NCBI RefSeq assembly: GCF_006345805.1
Contig: NC_043005.1
Coordinates: forward strand, 7,068,001 to 7,132,000
Source of the DNA: Octopus sinensis
Taxonomy: Eukaryota
DNA length: 64,000 bases
Reading direction: 5' to 3'
Each line of letters opens with the position of its first letter. Position 1 is the first letter of the stretch. The position numbers were made by a program, and so were the translations under genes. The notes under the pieces are model-generated. The model had not been told where the DNA came from and made no database searches. It was given only the letters and a program-made list of their open reading frames with translations. Positions 37,600-50,757 of this stretch are shown piece by piece.

Positions 37600-38130
37600 A
37601 ATTGTCAAATGGCTTGTAAGGGCTGTACAAGCTATGTACAAAGATGCAGTAAGTAAAGTAGAACTGACAATGATTTCATTGATGAATTTAGTGTAAAGGT
37701 AGGAGTTCATCAAGGTTCAGACTTCAGTCCTTTCCTATTCATCATAGTTATATAGGTTATCACAGAGAAGTTTAAGATAGGACGTCCTTGGGAACTTTCA
37801 TATGCTGATGACCTAGCTCTCATAGCTGAATCTATACAAGAATTAGAGGGAGGAAATTCTAGGCATGGAAGTTAAATCTAGAATAATGATGTCTTAAACT
37901 TAGCAAAGATGAAGGTTCTAGTAAGTAGGAAAAAAGACAGGACTCAGTTTCTTCAGGGAAATGGCCTTGCTCGATGTGCAGAAAAGGTGTAGGTATAAAC
38001 TCCTTATGTTGTACACATTGTCAGCTATGACACTCAAGAGATGTGGAGTCAAAAGCAGACTGGCAGAGAAAATAAACTTTGTGTGTGATAGACATACTGA
38101 AGTAGTAGGTAACAACTGTATTGTTTCTTT
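37600..38130 (+). mobile_element. RTE-clade LINE RT fragment
   Basis: EFSVKVGVHQGSDFSPFLFIIV...PWELSYADDLALIAES. Confidence 0.85.
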
Positions 38131-38199
38131 CTGGGTAAACTGACATCTGGCTGTTCAAAGAAGACTTCATAAGTAACTAGTACTGACTTCTCTTGAACA

Positions 38200-38990
38200 T
38201 CAACAAAATTCCACATCATGGCATTATCAAGTACCTGCTGAAAAATTATTTAATCCCCAAGGACATTCGTACTTAACATGGTCGCTATATTAAGAGATGG
38301 TGTTCCAGTTTTATCAACAGTGGACAGCTGAATTTAGAAGAGGAAGGGAGAATCTTGAAGATCACCCAAGGTCTGGATGTCTTGCAACTGCCACCACCAA
38401 GGAAAAACATTGATCATGTTCGCCACATGCTGATAGATGATTGGCAATCGAATATAAATCAAATAGCTGATGCTGTTAGCATAACCTATGAGAGAGTTGA
38501 GAATATTCTGCACAATGAACTTTGTATGACAAAGGTTTCTACTTGGTGGGTGCCATGCCTTCTGACACCTGATCAAAAGTGTTTGAGGCTGATCACATCA
38601 TGAGGAAATCTGACAGTTTCAGGCAGATCCAGCTGATTTCTTTGAGCATTTCTTAATCCAAAACGAGTGTTGGGTTCATCAGTTTGAGCCTCAGTTTGAC
38701 AAAGAGAACCCATGCAATGGAAACACCTCTCCTCACCTGCACCAAAGAAGGTCATAGTTGTTTCATCTGCAGGGAAGGTGATGGCTTTAGTCTTTTGGGA
38801 TGCAAAAGGCAATGTGTTTATTGACTATCTTCAAAAAGGCCACACCATTAATAGAGTATTATGTCAACATGCTGGGGCAATTATGAAAGGATATCAAGAC
38901 CAAACACCCAAGAAAACTGACAAAAGGGGTCTTGTTTCATCAGGACAATGCTCAAGTACATGGGTTCTTGGTTTCAACAGCTGTTGTGTG
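38200..38990 (+). mobile_element. decayed mariner transposase (HTH to second Asp)
   Basis: WTAEFRRGRENLEDHPRSG, KVSTWWVPCLLTPDQK, QWKHLSSPAPKK...SAGKVMALVFWDAKG and FHQDNA. Confidence 0.88.
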
Positions 38991-39845
38991 TGACATCTTC
39001 TTACCTTGTACTTTGAGGTGCTACTTGGACTAGCAACTCCTACTGATCATTCTTACACTCTCTTGAAACTGAGTGACTACGTAGCCCCTCTTCAAGAACC
39101 TACTTGTCCTATCCTCCTCACCTTCATTCATACTTCAGCCCTCATCTCCTCGCAAAAATGCTCTCCTACCATGGATTCTGTAGTTTTGCTGGTTGCATGA
39201 CAACCTCACTAGTGCCAGTGGAACATTAAAAAAACAAAAAAGAAACACCCAATACATGCTGTAAAATCATTGGCATTTGGAAGGACATCATCTAACCATA
39301 GAAACCATACAAAGGAATACATTAAAGCACAATGTAGTCCTTGAACCGATTGGATCCAGTCAAACTATGCAATTGGGTAGCTTGACAGGACCCTCGTGTC
39401 CTCAAATGTGATTTCCTTCACACTGAACTCTTAATCTTAGGTAAAGAAGTTTAAGTGTACACACTTAAATCACATTTACTAAGTTATGAATAGTTTTAGA
39501 ATTTTTGTTAATTTCATCTCTTGCTTGAATTTGCTTTCTTTACTCACTTGTTGTCTGATTATTTTAGTGCAGACTTCTATATTATCTCAATTTTGAATTC
39601 AAAGTATTTAGATATTTCCCTTACTCTTTCAAATATTTATTTATGTCAAAATCATATTTTCCCATTTGTTGTAAATTGTTGTCAGAATCATGTCAGCAAT
39701 TATCTCAGCTCAACTTTCTTACCTACAAACATTTCCCAACCTTCATTCTTTTTAATGTTAAAATCAATATTACATCATCTCCTCCTTATACAATGTGTTT
39801 ATGTTCTTTTCAATCTTTATTGACAGCTCATATTCTCTCCCTTAT

Positions 39846-40074
39846 TTAACCCTTTAGTGTTCACATTGTTCTGCCAAAATTAATGCTTCTTCATCCACAT
39901 TGTTTTGAACTAATCATTCATCATCTTGTAGCCATGAGATTTTGATGAGGTAGCTGTTAATTTTTCAAATGATATTGTAGGGTTGGTGTGAGAGACCAGA
40001 TCTGGCCAGTTTGAACATAAAACAGGTAGAATATTTTTGGCCGGATATGGCCGGTTTAAATGCTAAAGGGTTAA
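39846..40074. mobile_element. piggyBac-type MITE, 221 bp
   Basis: TTAA-CCCTTTAGTGTT ... AATGCTAAAGGG-TTAA; element 39850-40070. Confidence 0.88.
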
Positions 40075-40270
40075 GGAGTTGCAAGTCTCCAAGCCACACT
40101 AAAAGAGTCACCACTCTTAAACATTTCTAATGCTGGTCATAATTAGTTTATAATTAGAAAATATACAAAAAATAGTTAAATAAAACATCATCTTTGAGAA
40201 AACAACAAATATAAAGATGAAGTTTAACAACAATATTATTTATTATAGTACTTATATTATCAATACATAC

Positions 40271-40677
40271 ACTCTTTTACTCTTTTACTTGTTTCAGTCA
40301 TCTGACTGCGGCCATGCTGGAGCACCGCCTTTAGTCGAGTAAATCGACCCCGGGACTTATTCTTTTGTAAGCCCAGTACTTATTCTATCGGTCTCTTTTG
40401 CCGAACTGCTAAGTGATGGGGATGTAAACACACCAGCATCGGTTGTCAAGCAATGCTAGGGGGACAAACACAGACACACAAACACACACACATATATATA
40501 TATATACATATATACGACGGGCTTCTTTCAGTTTCCATCTACCAAATCCACTCACAAGGCATTGGTCGGCCCGAGGCTATAGTAGAAGACACTTGCTCAA
40601 GGTGCCACGCAGTGGGACTGAATCCGGGACCATGTGGTTGGTAAGCAAGCTACTTACCACACAGCCACTCCTGCGCC
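40271..40677 (-). mobile_element. SINE family A (81 nt from the dve splice donor at 40758)
   Basis: Full reverse-complement copy. Confidence 0.93.
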
Positions 40678-40758
40678 TATACAATATATAATATAAACTT
40701 AAATATATAATATAAACTTAAATAAATAGTCATTAAGAAGTAAAATGAAAGGCTTTAC

Positions 40759-40864
40759 CTTTTCAATAGGACATCCAGAATTCAGCAGCATTCCATGAGA
40801 CTGACTAATGAGGAGTTGAAGAAGTTTATCTTTCACATCATCAGTTGAGTTCAGTTTTGGTTGA
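40759..40864 (-). CDS. dve: dve coding exon (N-half of CUT-like domain)
   Basis: Acceptor ttttttaactcctag| and donor |gtaaag; 106 nt, phase 2 to phase 0. Reads QPKLNSTDDVKDKLLQLLISQSHGMLLNSGCPIEK. Joined to the next exon it gives GCPIEK-NFLLSISKGE...ISEERRQAFNNWY, which resembles the SATB CUTL pattern CPL...SSI...F.RWY. Confidence 0.92.
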
Positions 40865-41284
40865 CTAGGAGTTAAAAAAAAAGAATAAATAAATAAACCA
40901 TCAAAAACATATTTCATTGAAAAGTAAATGTGTAAAGCATAAATTTACCTTCTTGAGTATTTTTATGTGTTTACACACAGAGGCAAGAAAGTTTGCTAGC
41001 TGCTTGTTGCCCACTCAGGATGCAAGGAGTAAGATTAGTGCAGTTAAATAAATACACAGAGCTTGAATGGTTAGAAATTAGAATATCATGAAGACACAGA
41101 AGTAAAAGTGTCAAAAGTATGGCTTCCGTTAGGATGAAAGACTGTAATATTTTGAACAAGATTTGGGGATAGAAATACAATGTATGTAAAAAAAAAGGCA
41201 TAGACATGATGAGAAGTACAAGGCTATGTATGTAACAGATTATGAAGTAAATTTTCAAGAACTCATTATAATTGTAGAAATAGT

Positions 41285-41317
<33 letters not shown>

Positions 41318-41725
41318 GGAGGGAGAAATAAATGGATATAGTCAGAGACAGAGCACTACAAAGGCTTTGGATAGAATACTGCAAGAGAAAACTAATTTGC
41401 CGGATGATTTTCTTTCTTTCTTCAATATAGTCTAGGATACCAATAATTAAAGGTGATTTAGCAATCCTGAGAGAAATATAGTATTTCTAGTAGGGTATTC
41501 TCTGCTTTTGTGGAGAGACAGTAACTATTCAAAGGGGGAGTATTTTGGGTTCCATAGAACAAAGCCAGACATATATGGCACAGTTTAAAGATGTCAAGAT
41601 TACAAACTTGAAGTGTTGAATTCCAATGTGTTTAGTGAGTATAATTCATGTTTGCAGTTGTTTATGAATAGAAAACCTATAGTATAGTCATCCTTGGGGA
41701 AAATAACCATTAGAGTTTGATGATA

Positions 41726-41930
41726 TTAACCTATCTGTTACAAGATTTCTGTTGAAATACACTGACTTTGCTTTAATTAATATCTGGAAAATGATGATGA
41801 ATTTACTAAGTTAACTTTATTAGTAAAGTGGTATTTGGAACATAAAATAACATGAATCTCTGGTAAATAAAAAGAAGTTTGTACCACAGAACCAGAGGTG
41901 GTCTCAGGTAGATTTGTATTAGAAGGGTTA
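41726..41930. mobile_element. degenerate piggyBac-type MITE, probably related to 24212-24432
   Basis: ttaacctatctgttac ... gtattagaagggttaa; the interior loosely matches the reverse complement of the 24212 element. Confidence 0.5.
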
Positions 41931-42292
41931 AAACCTTACAAGATCATTAGCTCACCAAAGAAAGTCATTATTGATAAAAAAAAAAAAAAAGCAGCCATGT
42001 CAGACTGGATCATTTTGTAGAGAAGGGTATAAAATTAGTGGGAGAGGATTATTGAAGAAAGCTAGAATGAAGAAGTTCAATTGAGTTGTGTTAAAGTTTA
42101 AGGATCATTATCACAACAAGCAGGTATGTTGGTGATTAGTACTCTATGTAATTCATTCAAATATGTTTGATCAGACAACTTATAAGCCACTGAAGGAAAG
42201 TAAATCACCAGTGGGTTTAGTTTTTAATCAATCTATATTGATAGTTGTTCAGAAGAGGGAGAATGGCATTCAAAGTATTCCAAATATCAACA

Positions 42293-42713
42293 GGCGCAGG
42301 AGTGGCTGTGTGGTAAGTAGCTTGCTAACCAACCACATGGTTCCGGGTTCAGTCCCACTGCATGGCATCTTGGGCAAGTGTCTTCTGCTATAACACAGGC
42401 AAGGTAATGCCTTGTGATTGGATTTGGTAGACGGAAACTGAAAGAAGCCTGTCGTATATATGTATATATATATATATGTATGTGTGTGTATGTGTTTGTG
42501 TGTCTGTGTTTGTCCCCCAAGCATTGCTTGACAACCGATGCTGGTGTGTTTACGTCCCCGTTACTTAGCGGTTTGGCAAAAGAGACCGATAGAATAAGTA
42601 CTGGGCTTACAAAGAATAAATCCCGGGGTCGATTTGCTCGACTAAAGGCGGTGCTCCAGCATGGTCGCAGTCAAATGACTGAAACAAGTAAAAGAGTAAA
42701 AAGAGTAAAGAGT
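42293..42713 (+). mobile_element. SINE family A
   Basis: Full copy ggcgcaggagtggctgtgtgg...gactgaaacaagtaaaagagtaaaaagagtaaagag. Confidence 0.93.
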
Positions 42714-43717
42714 TACTTTCCATATGGAAAAACTTATGGATTTTGATTCTGAAATGAAGACAATTTACTTCACTAATGTCACTGAGAAAAATATAAAGTA
42801 TGAATATCACATTCTCATATCAGTTCTAAGGTCTTACATTTAATTAGAAACCTAGGATGATTTCCATCAACACCATATTAAGAGAAGAGTGACAGAAGAG
42901 GACAAACCAAGTATGACTTTTTTCAAGAGACATTGAATTTCATGACTTTCAGTGTAGAAAATCTGAAAATAGTTTATTTAATTAAGTTCAATTTATTTAT
43001 TCTAAAAAGAAAAAAAAAAACTATCTGTCAATTAAGGTAACTAATATTGAAGATGACAACTTATAAGACCAGCAGTAGATTTGCTACAGTGAGTGGAAGC
43101 CATGCATATACTTTAATAAACTTCCGCATTCTTTTTACCTTGCCGGTGTTATTTTCAACCATCACAGATTATGCTTTTAAACAAGCCATCCGTTGGACAA
43201 CCACACTCCTACCAAACACACAACTGAGTGGGGACTGAGAATTCACCTTGCCTCACATGACCTGGCTCTTTCCATACACTGTTTTCTTTTAACATCTTTC
43301 TGAAATAGGATACCATAATCATTTCAAATACCCCTAAGCACCCACTTATCTCCTTCAAGAGAGGAATAATCAACATGAACTATTTGAGCATTCCTTTGTT
43401 CTTAGCTGCACCTAAACTGGAATCTCAGCTTGTTCCCGTCTTCATGCCATGCTTCTAAAGCACACATCTGCAATTAGCGATTCTTTCTCTCCTTCATTCT
43501 AATATGCTACAGAGTAAGTAAATTCTGATGTCTCATTGTGGAATTGAACATAGGATCTCACAATTGTGAAATGAAGTTTTTAACCACCTAACCATTATAT
43601 TTTACACCCCTACATACTTATGCTTGCATATAAGTCCATGTAAGCATGCAGCTATGCAAATACATGTGGACATATTCTTTCCAAGTACAGATGAATGTGT
43701 GTAAGTGTATGTGTATA

Positions 43718-43888
43718 GGCGCAGGAGTGGCTGTGTGGTAAGTAGCTTGCTAACCAACCACATGGTTCCGGGTTCAGTCCCACCGCGTGGCATCTTGGGC
43801 AACTGTCTTCTGCTATAGCCCCGGGCCGACCAATGCCTTGTGAGTGGATTTGGTAGACGGAAACTGAAAGAAGCCTGTCGTCTATATG

Positions 43889-43950
<62 letters not shown>

Positions 43951-44080
43951 TGTGTCCCCGTCACTTAGCGGTTCGGCAAAAAGACCCGATAGAATAAGTA
44001 CTAGGCTTACAAAGGCGGTGCTCCAGCATGGCCGCAGTCAAATGACTGAAACAAGTAAAAGAGTAAAGAGTAAAAGAGTA
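43718..44080 (+). mobile_element. SINE family A with two internal deletions
   Basis: Lacks the segment right after the (TG)n hinge and the ataagtcccggggtcgatttgctcgact segment. Confidence 0.9.
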
Positions 44081-44208
44081 TGTTTGTATATCATCTTATT
44101 TCCTGCCATGAGCTAAAAAAAAGTCATGCATTTCAAATTTAGAATATTTAATGAGCAAATTTATATTTGAATAGTTTTACTGTTCCTTCTGCTTACCCCT
44201 CCACTTCT

Positions 44209-44308
44209 NNNNNNNNNNNNNNNNNNNNNNNNNNNNNNNNNNNNNNNNNNNNNNNNNNNNNNNNNNNNNNNNNNNNNNNNNNNNNNNNNNNNNNNNNNNN
44301 NNNNNNNN
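44209..44308. other. assembly gap (100 N)
   Basis: Run of exactly 100 N followed by (AG)n; the real distance is unknown. Confidence 0.99.
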
Positions 44309-45039
44309 AGAGAGAGAGAGAGTTATTATTTTCCTTTTAATACATTCATCATACCTAAAAAAAACATTTGGCACTTAATGCACACTGTTCCTTCAGGGAA
44401 TCATAATAATAATAATAATAATAATCATAATAATAATAATAGTAGTACATAAACCATTATATAATAACATGGGGATAAAATGCTTACATTACGATAAAAT
44501 CAATATCATACAAAATTATTAGGAACTGCCCAAAATAACAAAGTCTCAGTTAACTTAATAAGTCAAATCATTTTTTTTTTTCTTGAAAGGACACATTATT
44601 AGTGAATATTCACTGTAATGTAAAAGTTAAAAGCGTTTTTTAAAATGTACTAAAATTATCTATATAAAAACATGACAATCAACTAAATAATCTATTTGTT
44701 TCTGAATTATCATTGCTCAAAAAATTATGAACTTCAGAATCTAATAATCTTTCAATGTTGGAATTACACATCTCTTGAAACTCCAATAGAGCAAATTTTC
44801 ATAAAATAATATTCTGAACACAAAAAAATCTTTTATCAAGAAAATTTGAGAAAATGAAAGCTTGACAGATCATGGTTAGATACCTAATAAACCTATAAAG
44901 TTTTCTGAGCCTTTTATAAAGCCTTATGACACTGTAAATGAAAATCGCCCTAAAATAATTCTTAATACTAAATCCATTTTTAAATGAGTGCCTTTTAACT
45001 CCACATCAAACTTCTTGTCATTTTCAAAATTAATTGAAC

Positions 45040-45287
45040 TCTCTTTACTCTTTTAATCTTTTACTTGTTTCAGTCATTTGACTGCGGCCATGCTGGAGCA
45101 CCACCATTTTAGTTGAGCAAATCAACCCCGGGACTTATTCTTTGTAAGCCCAGTACTTATTCTATCGGTCTCTTTTGCCGAACCGCTAAATAACGGGGAC
45201 GTAAACACACCAGCATCGGTTGTCAAGCAATGCTAGGGGGACAAACACAGACACACAAACATATACACACACACTTCCTGCGCCTAT
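45040..45287 (-). mobile_element. SINE family A lacking almost the whole head
   Basis: Body and tail are intact; the hinge is joined directly to the terminal cctgcgcct. Confidence 0.85.
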
Positions 45288-47429
45288 TCTTAACATCTAA
45301 CAAAATGATGAAGACTGCATTGAGGCTTCTGGGAAGTCTTTCACAGCAAATGATACATTTCACAATGTAATGACCCCTGTTCGTGTCTGCTTAAAAATTG
45401 TCATTTTGTTATTGTTCGTATTGTTTCTCTGAGCTTGTCTTCTGTCAATTCAGAACTACATACTAAACCTAAATTGTTGGTTTCCCTATTGCACTTAAAT
45501 CCTACAATCCATCCCAAAGACAACATTTGAGGTTCTGTATTCATCTATTCCTTCTAATTAACAATCTACAGTACTGAAGCAACACATTAATTGGACTGAC
45601 TTTCTTTGACCTGCTTATCTTCTGCTTCTAGGATTAGCAGGGTCAGGAGATAAAAAATACATATGTACTAACATAGGATATGGGAGCATTATGAGTTTCA
45701 ATATGTATGCTCATGAGTTAAGCTTCAAAAGATTGAATTGGTGTCTCTTTCAGAATTTTCACAGACTGTATTAAATGCTGTTTACATAAAAGATTAAAGT
45801 GTAAATACTAAATATATATGTGAACACAAACACATATACATACCTCCTAAGGTACAAAAACTAGTTGTTGCAAATATTTTTGTAAAATTTATTTGGAGAT
45901 TAAGGAAGTCATATATTAACTAAAAAAATTATATAAGAATGTTAAATACTACAACCAGGAAATATTAATAAAACTACATATAAAAATTTCTATTTCATAT
46001 TCACATACTTAACTAAAAAAGAAACATGTTTTCAGAGTGTTGTCTATAAACTTCAAATGGCATTTAACTGTTTTTCAGATATTGTATTAAGATAAATATT
46101 TTATTTTTTGCTAGGCTCTTACTTCTTCATCCATATTCCATTATTTGTAGGACTATGACAACTATGCCATTAAGAAGATGCTGTTATGCATTCCCTAAAT
46201 TGCATTGATATATTTACAAGCATATTCTTAACTACTCCTAACACAATGATTTTCAACAAGAGACTAATCATGCATCTTTTTTCTCTAATTTATGTATTTT
46301 CAATAGCATTTTAAATTGAAGATCATCAGACTTAATCTGTCTTCTATTTTTTGTGCTTATGACCTCAAATTGTAAGTTCATTCTTTTTCTTGATATGTAA
46401 TATAAAAAGAGAGCAACATTTCAATCTACTAAATAATGATTAAATAAATAAATAAAGTCAGAGTATAGAAAGAGAGTGGGTATAAAGGAGAAAAACAAAC
46501 ATTACAAATAAGAAAATGAATAAAATTTAAGATACATTAAAATTCTGATCAAATGCTTTTGCTTCCTAACAGGTTAGTTGAATAAACTATTATAAAAAGG
46601 GAAAGTGACATGAAAGAGGAAGTAAAGTGGGTGGAAAATTGATTTGCAAGATTAATATAAATGTAAATGAAGAGGATCAATATAAAAAGACATGCATCTA
46701 ACTTGGCACCAACAGATTAGATCATTAATCAACTGGATTGTATCACAAAAAAGTGAAAAGTACAATTTAAAAAAATCCTGATCGGATTGTATTGAATATA
46801 TCAAACAGCATTTGGGAAAGCTGCTTATGGAAAATTGGAAAATGGGGTAAGAAGAATTGATTGGTATAATTAAAAACATAAGTGAATGCTTATAAATATT
46901 ATTCTTTCTAGGAGAAGAGAAGCCTCAGACAATTTGCTGTAAGTAATGAAATAAACTTAGCAATATAGAATATAATGTTGAAATATAAAATAATTATGGA
47001 TGCAGACAGATAGGGAAATAAACTGACACTATTTAGTTGACACAAAGATTTTTATAAATATTGAATACCACAAAAGAAAAAGAATTCATAAAGAAGTGCT
47101 TTTATTGAAATCTAGCAAAATTTAACTGGAAGAAATTATAATTGTCTCATAGTATATTTCACTGCTTAATGTTTCACATAGGCAAAATGAATGCACACTT
47201 TTAAAAGGGGATATGCAGTTGGATTTATTATTCTCACAAAATACTGTTTAAAGATAATTACAATGATAACAATGGTGTCATTCGTTTAATTACTAGAAAA
47301 TTCTCAATTTTTTATTGATCCAAGGAAGATTATATTAGAGTTCCAGAATGGAGGAGCAAGAAAGATGAGTAAGAATTATGTAGATAGTGATAAAACTGAA
47401 CAATTAAGAGGATGTAAATAACCATTGAT

Positions 47430-47461
<32 letters not shown>

Positions 47462-47648
47462 CATCATCATCATCATCATCGTTTAGCGTCCGCTTTACAT
47501 GCTAGCATGGGTTGGACGGTTCAACTGGGGTCTGGGAAGCCAGAAGGCTGCACCAGGCCCAGTTTGATCTGGCAATGTTTCTACGGCTGGATGCCCTTCC
47601 TAACGCCAACCACTCCATGAGTGTAGTGGTTGCTTTTTACGTGCCACA
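47462..47648 (-). mobile_element. SINE family B, 3' terminal part
   Basis: (CAT)n-cgtttagcgtccgctttacatgctagcatgggttggacgg...gtgccac. Confidence 0.9.
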
Positions 47649-47714
47649 TATATATATATATATATATAATATATATATATATATATTATACATATATATA
47701 CATATATATATAAG

Positions 47715-47940
47715 TGAGGCTGAGAAAGACAATAGCTGGCAGAATTGTTAGCAGGCCAGGCAAAATGCTTAGCGGCATTTCACCCATCATTACATTCTGA
47801 ATTCAAATTCAGCTGTGGTCAACTTTGTCTTTCATCCTTTTAGGATTGATAAGATAAATACTAGTTGCACACTGAAGTTGATGTAATCGATTTCCCCCTT
47901 TCCCTGAAATTGCTGGCCTTGTACCAAAATCTGAAACCAA
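47715..47940 (+). mobile_element. diverged SINE family C
   Basis: agctggcagaattgttagc...aaatgcttagcggcatt...gaattcaaattc...ctttcatcctttt matches 19707-19937. Confidence 0.75.
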
Positions 47941-48061
47941 TATAAGTGAGGTTGAGTTCTGAAGAAATGCACACTTTGAAAAGATGCTCACAGGATATAT
48001 CAAAGCAATTCAATAGTTTTCTGAAAGGGGTTACCAATATTCATTTGTGTATAGATTCCAA

Positions 48062-48101
48062 TACAGTCATATAAAGCAGTACACTGCTTTATATGACTGT
48101 A
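48062..48101. repeat. perfect 19-bp inverted repeat, 2-nt loop
   Basis: tacagtcatataaagcagt-ac-actgctttatatgactgta. Confidence 0.95.
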
Positions 48102-48856
48102 ACAATAAGAAAAATGGTGTTGAGACCCCCAGATAGCCCTGTATTAGAGGACAATTGGCAGAGCAGCAGCTGATCAAAGAATTATTTCACTAATTTCTGA
48201 CAATTCTCACTGAACAACACAAGTTCATATATAGAGACTCCCTCACTGAAACAGCTGGACCATAACAGAGAAAACTGTATTAGGTTCAAACTGTAAAGAG
48301 TTATAGTGTAATCAAAAGAAGGCATATAGTGAAAAGAATGAGGGAATTTCACAGATAACAGGTTTTTAAGGTTGTCCAGTGATTTTGGTGAAAGACTTTG
48401 CATAGGTATATAAAAAAATTGTGTAGCAAGAAACAATTCATTTAGACATATTTGTATCTTTCTATAACAGCAACAGTTTTGATTTTATTATAATGTTTAA
48501 TGAAATGGTTACAGTGTCAGAAATAGGGAAGTAGTTTGAAAAGAGAGGCGAGTTATCCTTTTTTGATGAAATATAACACTAGTAAAAGACACATTGTATT
48601 AATTGCTGTCTTGTGGCATGAAGGTAAATCATATGACAGATAGCTTCAAAACACAATTCAGTCATGCTGTTTTGCAATTTAAGTGGCATTAAAAAGAAAG
48701 TATTTTCATGCATTCGGTGGTTTTATGTGCATAATAGATAGCTGGAGAAGACACACTCACTGCAGTATAGATGCAATTCTTCTCCTACAAGACTTTTATA
48801 ACTAGTACATACTTTATGTCTGGAGAAAGTATTTACTATACACACACACATATACC

Positions 48857-49260
48857 CTTTTACTCTTTTACTTGTTTCAGTCATTTGACTGCGGCCATGC
48901 TGGAGCACCGCCTTTAGTCGAGCAATCGACCCCGGGACTTATTCTTTGTAAGCCCAGTACTTATTCTATCGGTCTCTTTTGCCGAACCGCTAAGTGACGG
49001 GGACGAAAACACACCAGCATCGGTTGTCAAGCAATGCTAGGGGGACAAACACAGACACACAAACACACACATACATATATATATATATACATATATATGA
49101 CAGGCTTCTATAAGTTTCCGTCTACCAAATCCACTCACAAGGCATTGGTCGACCCGGGGCTATAGCAGAAGACACTTGCCCAAGATGCCACGCAGTGGGA
49201 CTGAACCCGGAACCATGTGGTTGGTTAGCAACCTACTTACCACACAGCCACTCCTGCGCC
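48857..49260 (-). mobile_element. SINE family A
   Basis: Full reverse-complement copy. Confidence 0.93.
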
Positions 49261-49276
49261 GTTTATATATATATAA

Positions 49277-50108
49277 ACAGTAGATATGTAGATGACATTA
49301 ATATCATAGCTAGGACCACCTCTAGTGACGGTAATGTAGAAACTGAGAAGAACATAATGGAGAGCATCCAGCAAATAGCTAACTCAATCCACCAAAGTAT
49401 CAAGGTAACTATAGATTACCCCACTAAGCACCTCAACAATAGACTCCCTGTACTTGATATTGAACTTTGGTTAGAGAATGTGAACAATAGAGTGCAGCTC
49501 CTCCACTCCTATTCCATGAAACCCATAATTTCAAAATATGTTGTTCACAAGAACTCAGCTTTGTCACACAACATGAAAATTAACATACTAATAGCAGACT
49601 TAGTTAGAATAATGAACAATGTGTCCCCACTATGCAAACCTTATGAAACGAAAAAACAAATACAGAATTTCATTTACCGCATGCAGTTCTCTGGATATGA
49701 TCACAAAGATAGGGTTTGTGTATACAGGGGGGCTAGAAAGTAATTAGATAACATTATATGTAATGATACCAGTGGCACCTGCCCTAGATATAGAAACAAA
49801 GAATGGAATAGGATATAAAGAACTTGTGACAAAGCAAACAGGGTGAACACGTGGTATAAAACCGACAAATATCAAGGAGTGATATTTGTAGAGGCCACAG
49901 CCCATGGAGAACTAGCCCGTAGATTTAGAAAAACTCCGAAGGAGACCAAACTCAACATTAAGATTATTAAAAAGCCAGGGAAATCCGTCAGATTACAACT
50001 ATGTAGGATGTACCCCTTTGAGAATACCATATGCACCAATGATAACTGCATGGTATGTAGGATTAGCCCTGGCATTAACTGTAGAACTTGAAATGTAGTT
50101 TACAGCAT
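49277..50108 (+). mobile_element. Penelope-like element fragment (RT C-half, thumb, Cys-rich linker, start of GIY-YIG)
   Basis: One frame with three in-frame stops: SRYVDDINII...ANSIHQSIKVT.D.P...LPVLDI...RMQFSGY...PRYRNKEW...TWY...VIFVEATAHGEL...CTNDNCMVC...CRT*NVVYSI. Confidence 0.85.
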
Positions 50109-50211
50109 AATATATATATATATACATATATATATATATGCAAACACACCACACACACACACACATATATATATTATATATATATAGACATACATATATA
50201 TACACACACAC

Positions 50212-50242
<31 letters not shown>

Positions 50243-50349
50243 TACATATATATACATACATATATACACACATACATATATACATACATACACACACACA
50301 CACATATATACATACATACATACACACACACATATATACATACATACAT

Positions 50350-50410
<61 letters not shown>

Positions 50411-50757
50411 TACATATATACACACACATACATACATACATATATATTATATGATGGACTTCTTTCAGTTTCTATCAACTAAATTTACTCATCACATGGC
50501 CTGCGTTGGACAAGGGCAATAGTAGGAAACATTTTTCCAAAGTGGCTTGCAGTGGAACTGAAGCCAAAGTGAATGGGAAGCAAACATTTTAACCACATGG
50601 CTAAACTTGTACCCATTATATACAGAGGTGTGACTGTGTGGTAAGAATTTGCCTCCCAACCACATGGTTAAATAGCTATAAGAAATTATGAATTGGTACT
50701 TTGAGAGGGTTAAAATATCGGCAATTATAAAATGTAAGAAAGAAATGTAAGAATATA

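Noticed and set aside
49195-49743. 182-aa ORF appearing as a SINE-Penelope fusion protein
   Set aside because: The upstream part is antisense SINE plus (TA)n that is in frame by chance, the start is not ATG, and the RT is truncated with downstream stops.
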